From the NCBI GenBank assembly GCA_951406725.2, contig OX597816.1:159278001-159342000 (forward strand): a DNA stretch of 64,000 nt. Reading direction: 5' to 3'. Below are positions 1 through 13,289 of this stretch, in pieces. The translations under genes were made by a program, and so were the position numbers. Numbering within the stretch: position 1 is the first letter of the stretch; every line of letters starts with the position of its first letter. Source of the stretch: Octopus vulgaris. Taxonomy: Eukaryota. A model generated the notes under the pieces. The model was not told the DNA's origin, did not search any database, and saw only the letters and a program-made list of their open reading frames with translations.

Positions 1-389
1 TTTCATTTGCATTGTTGCCTTTATTGAACTCATAAAACAAAATGTGCCGAATATGCTCCTTTGTCACTTCCATTATGGCTTTGGAAAAATAGCGGTTAAA
101 ATTGAATTGCACTCTTCAAAACTTGCACTAAGAATAAGTTTTAATTACTACCTGCTTTTATAGTAAGTTGATGCAGGTAGTTTATCCCACTCCCACTCTG
201 ACTTCTAGTTCATGCAATTGAAAAAAAAACCACATTATGGGATGATCCAATACAACCATATACATTTTTCCATACCTTAGGTTTGGAAACAAAATATATA
301 TAACAAGAGAAGTGAGAACTCATTAGAAATATTTTTAATAAAATCCAAGTTTTTATAAACAATAAGAAAGTCTTAAAATTTGAAACTTA

Positions 390-527
<138 letters not shown>

Positions 528-771
528 TTACAGTTAATAAAAGGAACAAAAAGACCATTTCTATCAATTATTGGTTTCATATTGAGACAAAAGACCTGAA
601 ATTTTATAAGTGAAAGGAGTGGGAATTTATGCTGTTCATGTTTTTCTGATAAACTCTAGTAGCAAAAATGAATTATAAAATTAAAACATGGCAACAGTTT
701 AGAATAACAATGAAGTCAATAGGAACAATTCCATTATGTTTGCAACACTCCAGAAAAGTTATGTAACTTAC

Positions 772-874
772 ATTAAGACAAACAGTATCTAAATATGACT
801 CTTTAAATTTGATGTCTCTGTTTCGTTCGGCAACTTCTCGACAACATCTGAGAAACAAACCATCAGACATCTTC
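772..874 (-). CDS. IDH3A: IDH3A exon ([34 protein letters not shown])
   Basis: MSDGLFL and YLDTVCLN motifs typical of the alpha (catalytic) subunit; AG/GT boundaries. Confidence 0.96.
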
Positions 875-1100
875 CTGCAAATAAAAACATTTCAAAATTA
901 TCAGAGAGAAAAACATTTTAACAGGAATTTCTTCGTCTGTAATTAAATGTGAATACAACTGAGCAAGCTAATTTTAAGCAAGCATTTAATGGCAGCTTAA
1001 TGTACATAAGCTTGGATAATAAAATGAGACTGAACGAATTCTATATGAAGACTAAATCTATCAAAATGTTAGTGTTTAATACAAAATGTGTTTAGCTTAC

Positions 1101-1234
1101 ATGATATTAGCCTTGTGAACTGCAGTAACAGTAGCTCTGCTGTTCTTGCGAGCATACTCAAAGGCATACTCTGCGACACGAAGGGATGCTGCTTCTGTGA
1201 TGAGTTTAATACTTTGGACAACTCCATCCACAAT
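1101..1234 (-). CDS. IDH3A: IDH3A exon ([44 protein letters not shown])
   Basis: [10 protein letters not shown] and [10 protein letters not shown] motifs; TTTAG acceptor and GTAAG donor. Not shown in the ORF track in this frame. Confidence 0.96.
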
Positions 1235-2070
1235 CTAAATAACAAAAATATGGCTGACGTATATAAGAAAGTAAAAACATTTACAAATGTATTATTATTA
1301 ATGGTGAAGTGGAAGAACAAGAAGTTCCAGACTAAATATCCCAAGTGTTTTATTTCATTCTTCTAAGAATTCTGCCAGGTCCACCTTCACATTTTGTCCT
1401 CCAAAAAGGTGATAAATAAGATCTGTTAATGTAGTCGAATTAACTTAGCGTGGCCGTTGCCAGTACCACCAGACTGGCCCTCATGCCAGTGGCACATAAA
1501 AGCACTCACTACACTCTTGGAGTGGTTGGCATTAGGAAGGGCATCCAGCTGTAGAAACTCTGCCAGATCAGATTGGAGCCTGGTGCAGCCATCTGGTTCG
1601 CCAGTCCTCAGTCAAATCGTCCAACCCATGCTAGCATGGAAAGCGGACATTAAATGATGATGATGAAATAATGATATTATATCCTCTTCTCTACAGAAGT
1701 TGGTCAAAACAAATGATTAACATATCTTTTGACTAAACACAACAAAGGTATACAGAAGACAGTGTTTAGTTGAACAAATTCACACTATTATTTGTTTACA
1801 AAACACTTGGCAGATGAAACTGAAAACTGGATATGATGCATACAGAGGATGACAGACGGGCACAAAAAGTGTCCAAGCAATTCAAATGGAAGGGACCTGC
1901 AAAAGACATAGGAAGACGTAGTGGAAGCTAACCATATCAGGATGATGCAGGACTAAAACAAATGTCAAGAGGATATATTGCAGAAATCTAACCAACCCGT
2001 GTAAGCATTGTCTACTACTTTATTATTTCTATAAATTCTTTATTATTTCTATAAATTCTTTATTATTATT

Positions 2071-2324
2071 GATGTTTGTAAGCCATTTAAGAACACGCAG
2101 AAACTGTTAGTTTCACTTTAACATTTAAATTTAATTTCTGACAAAATATTTTCGTTGCTTTGAAACCATGAACTGTTCACTGACAAAACTTCTTGCTGCA
2201 TCTTTGTTTTGTCAGTGAGCAGGTCGCAGTTTCAAAGTGACGAAAATATTTTGACACAAATTAAATTTAAATGTTGAAGTGAAACTAACGGTTTTTGTGT
2301 GTTTTTGAATGGCTTACAAACATC
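2071..2324. repeat. Fold-back element: 119-bp imperfect inverted arms with a 16-bp spacer
   Basis: 2071-2189 (GATGTTTGTAAGCCATT...CACTGACAAAAC) is the imperfect reverse complement of 2206-2324. Confidence 0.9.
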
Positions 2325-2692
2325 TTCCACGCTTGTTTCAGCACACAATCTCAGATCAAGTCACTTGCTATGCAAGTACATCTCCATAATTTATTATTAT
2401 TATTGCTATTTATAATAACATCAATCAACCCAAAGTTGTGACTGTCATTAAGCGTTATTAAGTTCAACTTAAAGTGTCAAAGACTTACAATGGGTAGAAA
2501 TATACTGGTAGGGAAGAATCTCCTGAGATACATTTTTAAGCAAAATGGAATGTATATAAATGTATATACTTATAATTAGTTTCCTAATCCTGATATATAT
2601 ATTATTTATTTAATATGTATTCTTGTTAAGAAATATTTCAACAAAAGAGCAAAAAAACTAGAAAAATAAAACAAACAAACAAGAGAACTTAC

Positions 2693-2822
2693 AATATGTT
2701 CAATTCCACTGTATTCTCCTTCAGTGTTCTCCCGAATTGTGACCAAGTTAACATCTTCATAGGGTGTTTCATAACCAACTATAGATTTACATGGGCGAAC
2801 ATTAGCATACAAACTGAAAGCT
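2693..2822 (-). CDS. IDH3A: IDH3A exon ([43 protein letters not shown])
   Basis: LYANVRPC and [14 protein letters not shown] catalytic motifs; phase matches both neighbours. Confidence 0.96.
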
Positions 2823-3131
2823 CTACAAAACAAATGTTGAGAATGGTAAAAATTAAAATTTAAAAAAACACCAGCATGGCCAGTCAAAATGACTGAAACA
2901 AGTAAAATAATAAAAGAATATATTTAATCAACTCTATTTTTTTACTTCAAAACTGGAGAGGTCCAAGACATTTTTAGTTTTAATCTATTTTCAGACATGG
3001 CTGTGGTTAAGAAGCTTGCTTCCCGGCCATGTTGTCTTGGGCAAGTGTCTTCTTCTTCTACAGTCCTAGGGTCACCAAGACTTGTGAATGGACTGCTAGA
3101 CAGAAGCTGAAGGAAACCCATGGCATATATG

Positions 3132-3166
<35 letters not shown>

Positions 3167-3171
3167 ATACA

Positions 3172-3950
3172 TATCAGGTCATTAAGAATGAAATGTTCGA
3201 TTTTCTTATGCACCAAGTTTGACAGTCGTTGACTCTAATGTTTTACCCTGACAATTATTTGTTTTACAACATTAAAGAGTTACATCATCACTTTCCGAAA
3301 TACAATTCGTGGTGTCTGATTATATTGTGAGTTTTCTCTTGTAAATCAATTTTTGTGAACTCATGGATAGATAAAATATTTGTGTTGTTTATGAATATGT
3401 GTGCCATTGTGGAACCAATTCATCCCAGACAGCTCGAAACGTCAATGAGGTGTCTGGTGAAGATGTAGCGAATGAGTGCACTGTACATCGATGGTTTGAG
3501 AAGTTCCAGGCTGGTGATTTTACTCTTAAACTATGCGTGAGTTAGCAGTAAGGTTTAATGTTTCAATTCCAACTGTACTGGACTATCTGAAACAAATAAA
3601 GAAGCTGGACAAGTCGGTACCACACGAACTGAACAGGAATCAAATGACATGTCATCTTGAAACTTACTGTTCTTTGCTGTCACAGCATGAAAAGTGAACC
3701 ATTTTTGCATCGTATTTTTATGTATGATGAAAAATGGATTCCTTTCAACAATAACAAGTATTCTGCATGGTGGTTGGATTGAGACAAAAGTGCCAAAACA
3801 CAATGCAAAAAAGAATATTCCCCAAAAAAAGCTAATGGTGTCTGTTTGGTGGTCCAGTGCTGATGTCATCCTCTACAACTTCATGAGACCTGGTAAGTCA
3901 ATTACAGCAGATGTATACATCAGCTAACTGAATGAAATGATGAGTTAATT
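3172..3950 (+). mobile_element. Decayed mariner (Tc1/mariner) transposon fragment
   Basis: TARNVNEV..G..TVHRWFEKF..GDF HTH region, VPHEL, FLHRI..DEKWI and KKLMVSVWW...PGKSITADVY, all broken by frameshifts. Boundaries approximate. Confidence 0.85.
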
Positions 3951-4191
3951 GATTCAAACAGTTCCTTTTGGAAGCCCCTACCTCAAATTTTTATCACTTT
4001 GTCAGTACCTGAACCCAACATACATGATGCATAGTTTTCACATGACTTTTACATGTAATTTTGTTCACCGATTTATAAATTTATATGTATATTTATTTCC
4101 TTGTGTGCTTTAAATTATGCTTTGGAATTTGTATTGATTACCTGGATGTGTTCCTCCTATAATTTCCCTTATATATATATATATATATATA

Positions 4192-4434
4192 AGGTGGCAC
4201 GTTAAAAGCACCAACCGATCGTGGCCGATGCCAGACCCCCCTGGCACCTGTGCAGGTGGCACGTAAAAAGCACCCACTACACTCGCGGAGTGGTTGGCGT
4301 TAGGAAGGGCATCCAGCTGTAGAAACACTGCTAGATCAGACTGGAGCCTGGTGCAGCCCCTGGCTTCCCAGACCCCGGTCAAACCGTCCAACCCGTGCTA
4401 GCGCGGAAAACGGACATTAAACGATGATGATGAT
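4192..4434 (+). repeat. Young copy of the abundant RTE-tail short retroposon with (GAT)n tail
   Basis: GGAGTGGTTGGCGTTAGGAAGGGCATCCAGCTGTAGAAA...AAACGATGATGAT. A near-identical copy lies at 24841-25088 (minus); other copies at ~1449-1665, 32177-32365, 50927-51097, 55065-55237 and 57490-57822. Confidence 0.85.
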
Positions 4435-5366
4435 ATATATATATATATATATATGCATATATGTGTGTGTGTATTTGTGCACCCTTGTCTTGATGTCACA
4501 TGAAGGTTGTAAATGAGTTTCACCATCTTACAAGAAAGGTTGTTCATTTCCAGTCTTCTGTGAAAAATGTCATACCATGGGGAAATATTACTTCATTTGT
4601 AAACAAGTGAAGGTTGGTAACAGGAGGAGCGTCTGGCTATAGAAAATCTGCCTCAAGAAATTCTATCAGACCAAAGCAAGTATGGAAAAATGAATGTCAA
4701 ATAATGATAACAATGACAATAGAAATGCTATCAGTAAAACATTAGCTCCTACAATTTAGGAAAATACAGGAAATTTATAAACTTGTGTGAACTAGGTCGG
4801 GTGTGAAAATATAAAAAAACAAAACAATGGGACGGAAAGATGACTGAAAAATTACCACTGGTATTTGATAAAAAGAACTTCAAAAGAAAATGCCTCTAAG
4901 AAGTTAATGGGAAATTGAAACAGAAAAGGAAATTTTTAGAATGCTTCTTTAGAAGAAAAATCTCATCAGATATGTACTAGAATTATAGGAACAATCAGGC
5001 TGTTCACCTAATTCTTTTATGTTGCTATCAATACAATTTTTTATAAGGTATTTTTCTAGGAAAAAGAGGAAAGTGTATGGGAATGATAACTGTTTTCAAT
5101 CCAGATTGATTGGAACAAAATAGTTTAGTAATAACACAGAAGTACAACTGCACAGGTTACTGTCCGTGACATTTGAATCAATAGCTTTACTAATTGCAAA
5201 CTTAGCCATTACATACTCAAGTATTGTATCATTTCTTGTAAGGAGGCATTGTAACAATTAGATACAAAGATAGCTAATTAATAGGAAAAAAGATGTGTGG
5301 TGAGTGTTAAATGGGCAGAGATCATTGCAATAGCATCCTATGATTGAGTGATTGATCAACCAAGCA

Positions 5367-5535
5367 ACAGATAGACAGACAGATAGACAGGCAGGCAGAT
5401 AAAGACAAGTAGCTAGATAGACAGACAGACAGATAGATAGCAAAATAGGCAGACAGATTGTTAGATAGATAGAAAGACAGATATATAAATAGCTAGACAG
5501 ACAGATAGGCAAACAGATGAATAGATAGGCAGATA
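5367..5535. repeat. Degenerate (GATA/GACA)n microsatellite
   Basis: Direct reading of the sequence. Confidence 0.9.
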
Positions 5536-6395
5536 TATATGTGTGGTTAAGAAGTTTGCTTTTAAATCATGTGATTTTAGGTTCAGTCCCAATGCACAGC
5601 AGCTTCAGCAAGTGTCTTCAACTAGAGCCTCAAGCCAATCAAAGCCTTGTGATTTGAATTGGTAAACAGAAACTGAAAGTAGCTCCTCATATGTGTGTGT
5701 GTGTGCGTGTGTATATCCGTCTGTGTGCACTTATCTACATTGGTGGTTCTTTAAAAAATTACTGAGCTACAAGCTGTGATGATGTCATTTCCCTTCAACA
5801 AATTGTTTGCTGACTTTGTGCCTTCAAAGACATGCAGAATAAGAGATCCCTTACTTGAAAAACAGGTGAGAAATAGCCACAAGAAGGGCATCTGGCTGTA
5901 AAACAATGCCTCAATAATATATTTATCTAATCCATTGCCAGCATAGAAAAAAAACAGATGTAAATCAAATATATATCTATATATGTGTGTGTACACATGT
6001 GATATATCTTTTAATGTTTAATGAAATTATTAATTTTCTTTTAATAAATTACTAACATGTGGTCATAAATGAGTACAAATAATTTTATGACTATCAATAA
6101 ACTAAAAGGCAGTAAAAGATAGAATCAGTAGAGCATCCAACAAAATGCCTTGTAAGTATTAAAGATTTGATTCTTTACATTCTGAATCCAAATTCTACCA
6201 GGGTTCACTTTGCCTTCATCCTTCAGTCAAGTTCTCAAGTTAATTTAATTAACTGCACCCTCTCCTACAAAATGTGTGCCCAACCCCTTACCTATGTTAG
6301 AAATCCTCATTATTATTAACATAACAGGTTAATCAGTATAAAATAAGGTTATCAGTTTTAGATAAATTACACAACAATTAATTAAATAAACCTAC

Positions 6396-6568
6396 TTTCT
6401 CAATGCTAAGTTGAGGGATTGATGTCCTTTACCGACTGGGGTAGCAAGAGGTCCCTTCAGGCCACATTTAGTTTCAGCCATTGATTCAAATACTTTCTGT
6501 GGAAGACGGAATTTTCCATCTGGACCCTTCACTGGGGTAACATCAACAGTATCCCATTCTACGGGCAC
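6396..6568 (-). CDS. IDH3A: IDH3A exon (VPVEWDTVDVTPVKGPDG...GLKGPLATPVGKGHQSLNLALR)
   Basis: GLKGPLxTPxxxGHxSLNLxLR motif of IDH3 alpha; TTGCAG acceptor and GTAGG donor. Confidence 0.95.
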
Positions 6569-6850
6569 CTGCAAGAATAAAGGATTACCAATTATTTTAG
6601 AGAAAGCGAAATTTAAATGATTAAAATTATAAAAAAATTAACTAACTTTTCTACAACACTTTATATGTGATTTGGATAACAATTTCCATTAAAATATTTA
6701 ATTAATTGGCCTAAAGTAACATCAGGATTATCAGGAATTTCAAACATAATCAATACATTGTTCAGTTTGCTTTATTTATTTTTTCTTTTCAATATGATCA
6801 GTATCACTACTTTATGTGGGTTATATTAACAATGAAGAACTTATAAATAC

Positions 6851-6934
6851 CTTAGCAGCAGCAAATATCTCTTGGACAGCTGCAGAGATTTCTGGACCAA
6901 TACCATCTCCAGGAATTAAAGTAACTTTCCTTAC
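6851..6934 (-). CDS. IDH3A: IDH3A exon ([28 protein letters not shown])
   Basis: Conserved N-terminal [12 protein letters not shown] motif of NAD-IDH; AG/GT boundaries; phase 0/0. Confidence 0.95.
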
Positions 6935-9900
6935 CTAAAAGTATACACATTGTATATAGACATATGTAAACACTAAGAACAAGACTGATACATATATTTT
7001 GATATAACAACATGAAAATAATAACATTTTCGATAAATATTTACTTGAAATGATATTTTGAACTAAAAGTAGTCAAAATTAATGAACACAAGCTTAGTCT
7101 GAAGGATGCCTTGAAAGTATAATAATCAACTTTTCGAAAATAATTAGCAAAAATCTGAATCAAATGAAGAGACTGGACAGTCAGGGTTAATTCATAAGTT
7201 GCTTCATTTAACATCACCACCCAACCCTTGTGTATATTTAGCAGAGATCAATCTATTGCATGCATTAAGGCTAGGTCTGCAATCCAGCAATTTGAGTAAG
7301 AAGGACTGTCACATTGAAACGGATCATGAGGACTGTCACAGAGCCAATAATAATAATAATCCTTTCTACTATAGGCACAAGGAGGGAGCTAGTCAATTAC
7401 ATTGACCCTAGTATTTCATTGGTACTTAATTTATCAATCCCCAAAAGGGTGAAAGGCAAAGTTGACTCCAGTAGAATTTGAACTCAGAACAAAAGGACAG
7501 ACGAAATACCACTAAGCATTTTGACCAGCATGCTAATAATTCTGCCAGCTCGCCACCTTAATAATAATAGATGCAGTCCCAGGCAGTGGCTCTCATGGCT
7601 TCTGATTTTAACTGATTGGAAATGTTATCATGTACATTGTTTTGTCTTGGTATAAAAGATGGGCTACAGCAAATATTCTGCTTAATACCTCAGATTAGCT
7701 TGTCAGTTGTTTGACCATAACCAGCTGAGCATGTCCCTTGGTGGCTGATGATATGTGCATCCCTGATCAGGAGCAGTAGTGGGGGAACATTAAAACCATG
7801 TGTTGAGAGGAATTCTTTGGGGTTTGGATAATTCACCTCTAGAAACACGGGTGTTTCATTCAATATTCTTAAACAACCTTTATTCAGGGACCTTTTTTTG
7901 TGCACATGTTGTGATGCATGTGTCTGGTGTACCCTTATCAGACAGGTAGTCATGATACATATACAAGGCTTCATATATTTTACCCCAGTGTCACTTTGAT
8001 GGCATGCACTGCTCTCTCACTCAATGATAATAATAATAATAAATCAGAAATTAGGTAATAGCTTTTCATCAACACCACCATCATTTTATCTATATTCTCC
8101 ATAGGTTGGATTATTTGACACAGTCAGTCAGTTCTTATTTGAGATCACTGCATGCTTTGACAGGTCAAAGTGGATCAGATCTTGCTTGTATGTTCCATGT
8201 TAGCAAGGTATCTTTGGCTGGATGCCCTTCCTGTCACCAACCAATCACTTAACAGAGGGTGTGGCACAAGCAATATGGCAAATTTTATGAAAAGGGAAAA
8301 ATGGGAATCATTAGTCTAGATTAAAATCCTAGACTAATGATTAATCAACAAGAGATTTGAGTATTTAAGTACTTCCAATTGATTGGTAATAAATTAGCAA
8401 TTATTGAAAACTATACTGGAACAGGCTCATGAGAAGAACAACTAAATGGTAATGAATGGGGAAAATATTACTTTAACAGATAACAAGAGCATATGAAAGT
8501 TCTTTGTAATACTATAATCCAGCATTTTATTGTACAGTCTCAGCCATAAACATCCCCTATTCTGTTATTTTCTTCAAAATCCTTTGATTAATTTCTAGGA
8601 AATCTTTGTTTATTCTCTTTAGTTATGTTTTCTGTTCTAGTTTGCTTTCTCATTCTGGCTTGTGCAAAATATTCTTGCCTATCATCATTGCTCATATTTT
8701 AACTTCTTTCCTAATTAACAATCTTCATTTTTTCTCTTATCTACTTCAATTTTGTTGTGTGTCATACAACACCTCACACAGCTGTCATCTGTATATGTAT
8801 GGGTGCCAAAACAAAAATTAGTATGTTTGTACGTGTATGTGTGCATGAGCTGATAGTGTTCATTTTAATCTCTGTCCGTCTGTCTGTCTCTTTCTCTTTA
8901 TTGCATACACTCTTTTATTATCCCCTTTCTGCTGCATGACAGGGCTTTTACACCACAGAAATTTATCATTAACCCTTTAATATAATAGATTTTTTTTATT
9001 ATAATCAGTCAGCTTTGGGGGACCTCCAAATCTGACAAGATTAACATCACTAATGTTTTACTTAACCAACTTACGAAATTGTTAGTTCCCTGCACGTGAA
9101 AGACATATGCAAAGAGGAAAAACAGTGGTTAGCCTTGCTCTAAAGCAAAGAGAAAACGTGGATTTAGCAAGCAAAAGAGTTAACATTTTAACAGTGCAAT
9201 TACAACCATGTATGCTCTCTCTCTTTCTCATGGTCAGGTGATTATATATCATTCACTATCTACAATAAGTTATATAGGGGCATAAATTTGGGGTAATTAG
9301 ATTACAAGGGAAGAGTAGAAACATAGTCTTATACAAAGCCCATGTGGGAAGAGTTGTATTAATTTTCACTGATTTACAAATTTCACTGCTGATGATGCAA
9401 GAAAAATGTTTCGGGATGCTTATACATATCCTAATGCTGCATGCAATTAAAACCATCATCATTGATATAATGTCCATTTTTGATGCTTGTATGGGTTAGA
9501 TGAAATTCACTGAGGCAGATTTTCTACAATCTGATGTCCTTCCTGTTGCTAACCCACACCTGTTTCCAAGCAAGCTAGTATTTCCCCTAATCCTCCCAAC
9601 ATGAATAGCACAAATGGCTAGATATGTTTTCATGGAAGATTGCAAACTTGATACTGCTTGTCACGGTCAGCCTGCAATGTATATATAAATGTATGCCTGA
9701 ATGTGTGTGCATCTGTGTTTACTTGTCTTGACATTGCATGCTAATTGTAAGCCAACATCACTGATATACAAGTAATGTCATTCATTTATAATCTTCCATA
9801 TAAAAATTTTTGGATATTTGTGCTGTTGATGTTGGAAGGACAAAGGAAAATATTACCTTGCTTGAAAACAGACAAAGGCTGGCAGCTTGAAGAGCATCCA

Positions 9901-10534
9901 GCTGTAGAAAATCTGCCTCAGTGACTTCTGTCCAACCATGCAACCACAGAAACAAATTGGACATTAAAACAACAATTATCATTATTATTAGTTTTAATTG
10001 CATGCATCATCAAAATGCATACAAACATTTGACTTACATTCATCATAGAAAATATATAATCCAGTGAGAATTAATAGACTTTATGCTATATAAATTCTGT
10101 ATAAGACTTTCTACTCTTTCTCTCCCTGTAATTCGTCAAATTTATGCCATTATACGATTTATTGTAGATAGCAAATAATATATAAAATCTATTTATATAA
10201 GCAACAAACTTCTTTCAGTTTCTGTCTACCAAATCCTCACAAGGCTTTGAGGCTGTAGTAGAAGGCACTTTGCTTGAGGTGCAATATAGCATTAACTCAA
10301 AACCATGTAATTACACAGCAAACTTCATAACCACACAACCATGCCTTAAAAATGACTAAAGACAGAAAAGAATCAGATAAGATTGAGAAAAATCCACCCA
10401 AATGTGTAATATCAGATTAGAAAAACAATAGTGAGAACAAATGATAAAATAGTAACAATGATTCCGAAAAGCGATCACAATAAATAACATGAGAAGGGAC
10501 TTGTGAAAATCAAGAACTAGTTAAGTTGAATTAG

Positions 10535-11216
10535 AGAAGAAATTTCAGGTGTGACCAGGTCCGTAGTGGAGATGGATGCTCTAAGAGCTTCTGCCTTTGT
10601 TAGTAACAAAGGGCCTCTCCCTCAGAGTGAAAGACAGACTGTATGATGCCTGTGTGTGAACAGCCATGCTACATAGCAGTGAAACATAGGCTGTGATGCA
10701 GTGGAAATGCGAAGGCTTCAGAGAAACGAAGCTAGAATGTTTCACTGGATGTGCAATGTCAGCATGCATGTATAACAGAGTGAAAGCATCTTGAGAGAAA
10801 AATTGGGCATAAGAGAGAAGACTGTGCTGGTATGGTTATGTGGTGCGAATGAACGAGGACAGCCGCATAAAGAAGTGTATGATCTTTGGATGTTGGGTCT
10901 CAAGGAGGCGATAACAAATGATCAAGACCTTTGGCAATTTGCTGTGCTTAAGAAGACACATAAAAGGCACCTGTACCAGTGACACATAAAAGGCACCCGT
11001 GCCAGTGACATGTAAAAGAACTCATACCAGTGACACATAAAAGGCATCCACTACACTCTTGGAGTGGTTGGCATTAGTAAGGGCATCCAACCATAGAAAC
11101 CAGGTCCAAAACAGACTGGAGCCTGGTACAGCTCTCCAGCTTACCAGTTCCAGGCAAACCGTTTAACTCATGCCAGAATTGAAAACAGACATAAGTGATG
11201 ATGATGATGGTGATGA
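10535..11216 (+). mobile_element. 5'-truncated RTE LINE: RT C-terminal remnant joined to the (GAT)n-tailed 3' UTR
   Basis: Similar to 36600-37070 in the opposite orientation (ELLPLLVTKGLSLRVK.RLYDACV), then tandem GGCACC-GT-CCAGTGACA units and the GGAGTGGTTGGCATTAG...GATGATGAT tail. Confidence 0.8.
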
Positions 11217-12250
11217 CATATTTTATATATACTACCTCACTGAGAACAAAACGATCTACTATGAAAATACAGTAAGAATAATTCTTCAAAAAAGCCAATT
11301 TATTAACTGGTCAAAAACTGATTTTAAGAACAAGATTAAAATTTTAATGTTGTTGTTATACCTGTTAACCCTCAAATGTCAGTCTGTGACACTAAAAATA
11401 AAATGTCAAAGAACAAATGAACAATAATATAACGAGTTTATTCAATTAATATTACAAATTAAACTGAGCATTTGTTAAAAATTAATTCAATGTTTGTAAT
11501 AAATTAATTAAATTATTTGCAAGATATCAATTAAGTATATGTAACAAATAAAATAAATGGTAATAAATTGAGTAAACATATGCATCAAATTAATTAAGTA
11601 TATGTAGCAAATTATGTGAAGGCATGCGACCTAGAGGTTAGGGTGTTGCATTCAGGATTGCTAGATTATAGGTTCAATTTCCATACTGGGCAGTGCACTG
11701 TGTTCTTGAGCAAAACACTTCATTTCACATTGCTCCAGTCTACTCAGCTGTAAATGGGTAACCCTGTGATGAAATAGTCTTCTGATCGGGGGGTGGGGTG
11801 AAGTGGGGAGATGTTCATCTGCTGGCCTAGCTAGTAGGGTAGCATTATCCAAAGGCTAAAATAATGCAAAGCACATTCTGATCAGCGATGTATAACAACA
11901 TCAAAAAGTCTGATCAAATATACCTAGGATAAAAGGTGCTCAGTCACAACTAACCTGATTTTTTTTTCTTTAATGTATATCCAGGACTAGATATAGTGTA
12001 TATCCAATGTATACACCCTCATTAGCTCAAATTTGCATGAATTGTTTTAGTAGGTAGACCCTTTTCTAATATATGAGTGACAGCGCCATCTTCCAATTCA
12101 GCAGACTGAGAAAAGTATTGTATCTTTCTTAAGGATACAATCTCAGTAGAAGACTTAGAACACATAACAATGGGCTGCAATTCTTTAAAGATAATGCCTC
12201 AAATCCCTTCATTTCAAAATGATATAAATACTTAATAAAATTATACGAAC

Positions 12251-12289
12251 CTCACTGGACAGGTGCTGAACTGGAGTCTTGAAAATATT
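12251..12289 (-). CDS. IDH3A: Probable IDH3A coding exon 2 (NIFKTPVQHLSSE)
   Basis: CCCTTTCTAG acceptor and GAG|GTTCGT donor. 39 nt, phase 0/0, bridging exon 1 and the [11 protein letters not shown] exon. This region is poorly conserved, so the call rests on splice sites and phase. Confidence 0.6.
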
Positions 12290-12559
12290 CTAGAAAGGGA
12301 AAATGAAAAGCACTTAAATTAGAAAAAGAACAGATGTGATACGTTACGTTACTAGAAATGCAACACAATAAAAGAAGATCATTTTTATATCATGTCAGCA
12401 AGAACTACATTAAAATTGATTTCAGGATTTATCATTGTCAACATTTTACAAGATTTTTTCTATACTTGCATGGGTTGGATGTGTCTCAACTAGCACATCT
12501 CAACATTTGTGATCCTTAGTCATTTTCTTTCTGAGGATCAGCTTTCACCACATTTCCCT

Positions 12560-12950
12560 GTTTTCCTTTTCTACAGGCTCATTTTACTTGGATTTCTTAG
12601 CACTTATTTATCCAACTGTCATCTTCCATATGCATCACACATCCATATCAGCATAGTCTTCCCCCTTGCACACTACATTTCATCCCCCTTAAACCCAATT
12701 TTTCTCTCAGCTTATTTAAACTCCACTGTTCACACACACAAACATTAAACAACCAGTATAATAGGCTCATCTCATTTCTTACTAACTTTTTCGAGGCTCT
12801 ATTCAAAGCCCATGTCTGGTTGCCATGCAATATTATACTTTGTACACAAAAATACAGTCTGCCATTCACTTGGAAAGACAACCCCTTTGTTATCAGATGT
12901 AGTAATAGATCCTTGACCTTTTTCAAGTTACTATATTTCCAGAACATCTA
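12560..12950 (-). mobile_element. Degraded RTE LINE fragment
   Basis: ORF 12648-12947 (LITKGLS.QV.GRLY...LHG..TWAL...RNEMSLL...LREKLG) resembles the RTE C-terminus seen at 10535 and 36670. Confidence 0.7.
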
Positions 12951-13289
12951 CCTGCACTGTTAATTAGGTCACCGAAGTAACAGAAGCTATCAATTACATT
13001 TTGGGAGCCTTTTGAGCATTTGAAAGAATTTAATGGATGCTCCCACTGTTAAGAACTCTCGTGCTAATTGTGAAGTCCCTGTTGTCAGTCAGCCCTTCTG
13101 TGATCCCATAGTGCACATTGGACACACATTACTGATAACCTAAAGTATCAATACAATTCTTGTACTCTATTTCTGACAAGTAATGACAGCACACACTAAA
13201 CTGCCTCGATATGTTTGCAAAAGATTTGAACTAACAACTGATGTTGTAACAAACTTCTACTTCTAAATGTAAACAATACTGACAGATCA

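Noticed and set aside
4110-4391. Repeated ORF MDG.TGVWEAR...FLQLDALPNANHS (also 24884-25171)
   Set aside because: Antisense translation of the RTE-tail repeat, not a gene family.
10965-11050. Short direct repeats (GGCACC.GT.CCAGTGACA.TAAAA) resembling a CRISPR array
   Set aside because: Tandem units without unique spacers inside a LINE 3' UTR; eukaryotic context with no cas genes.
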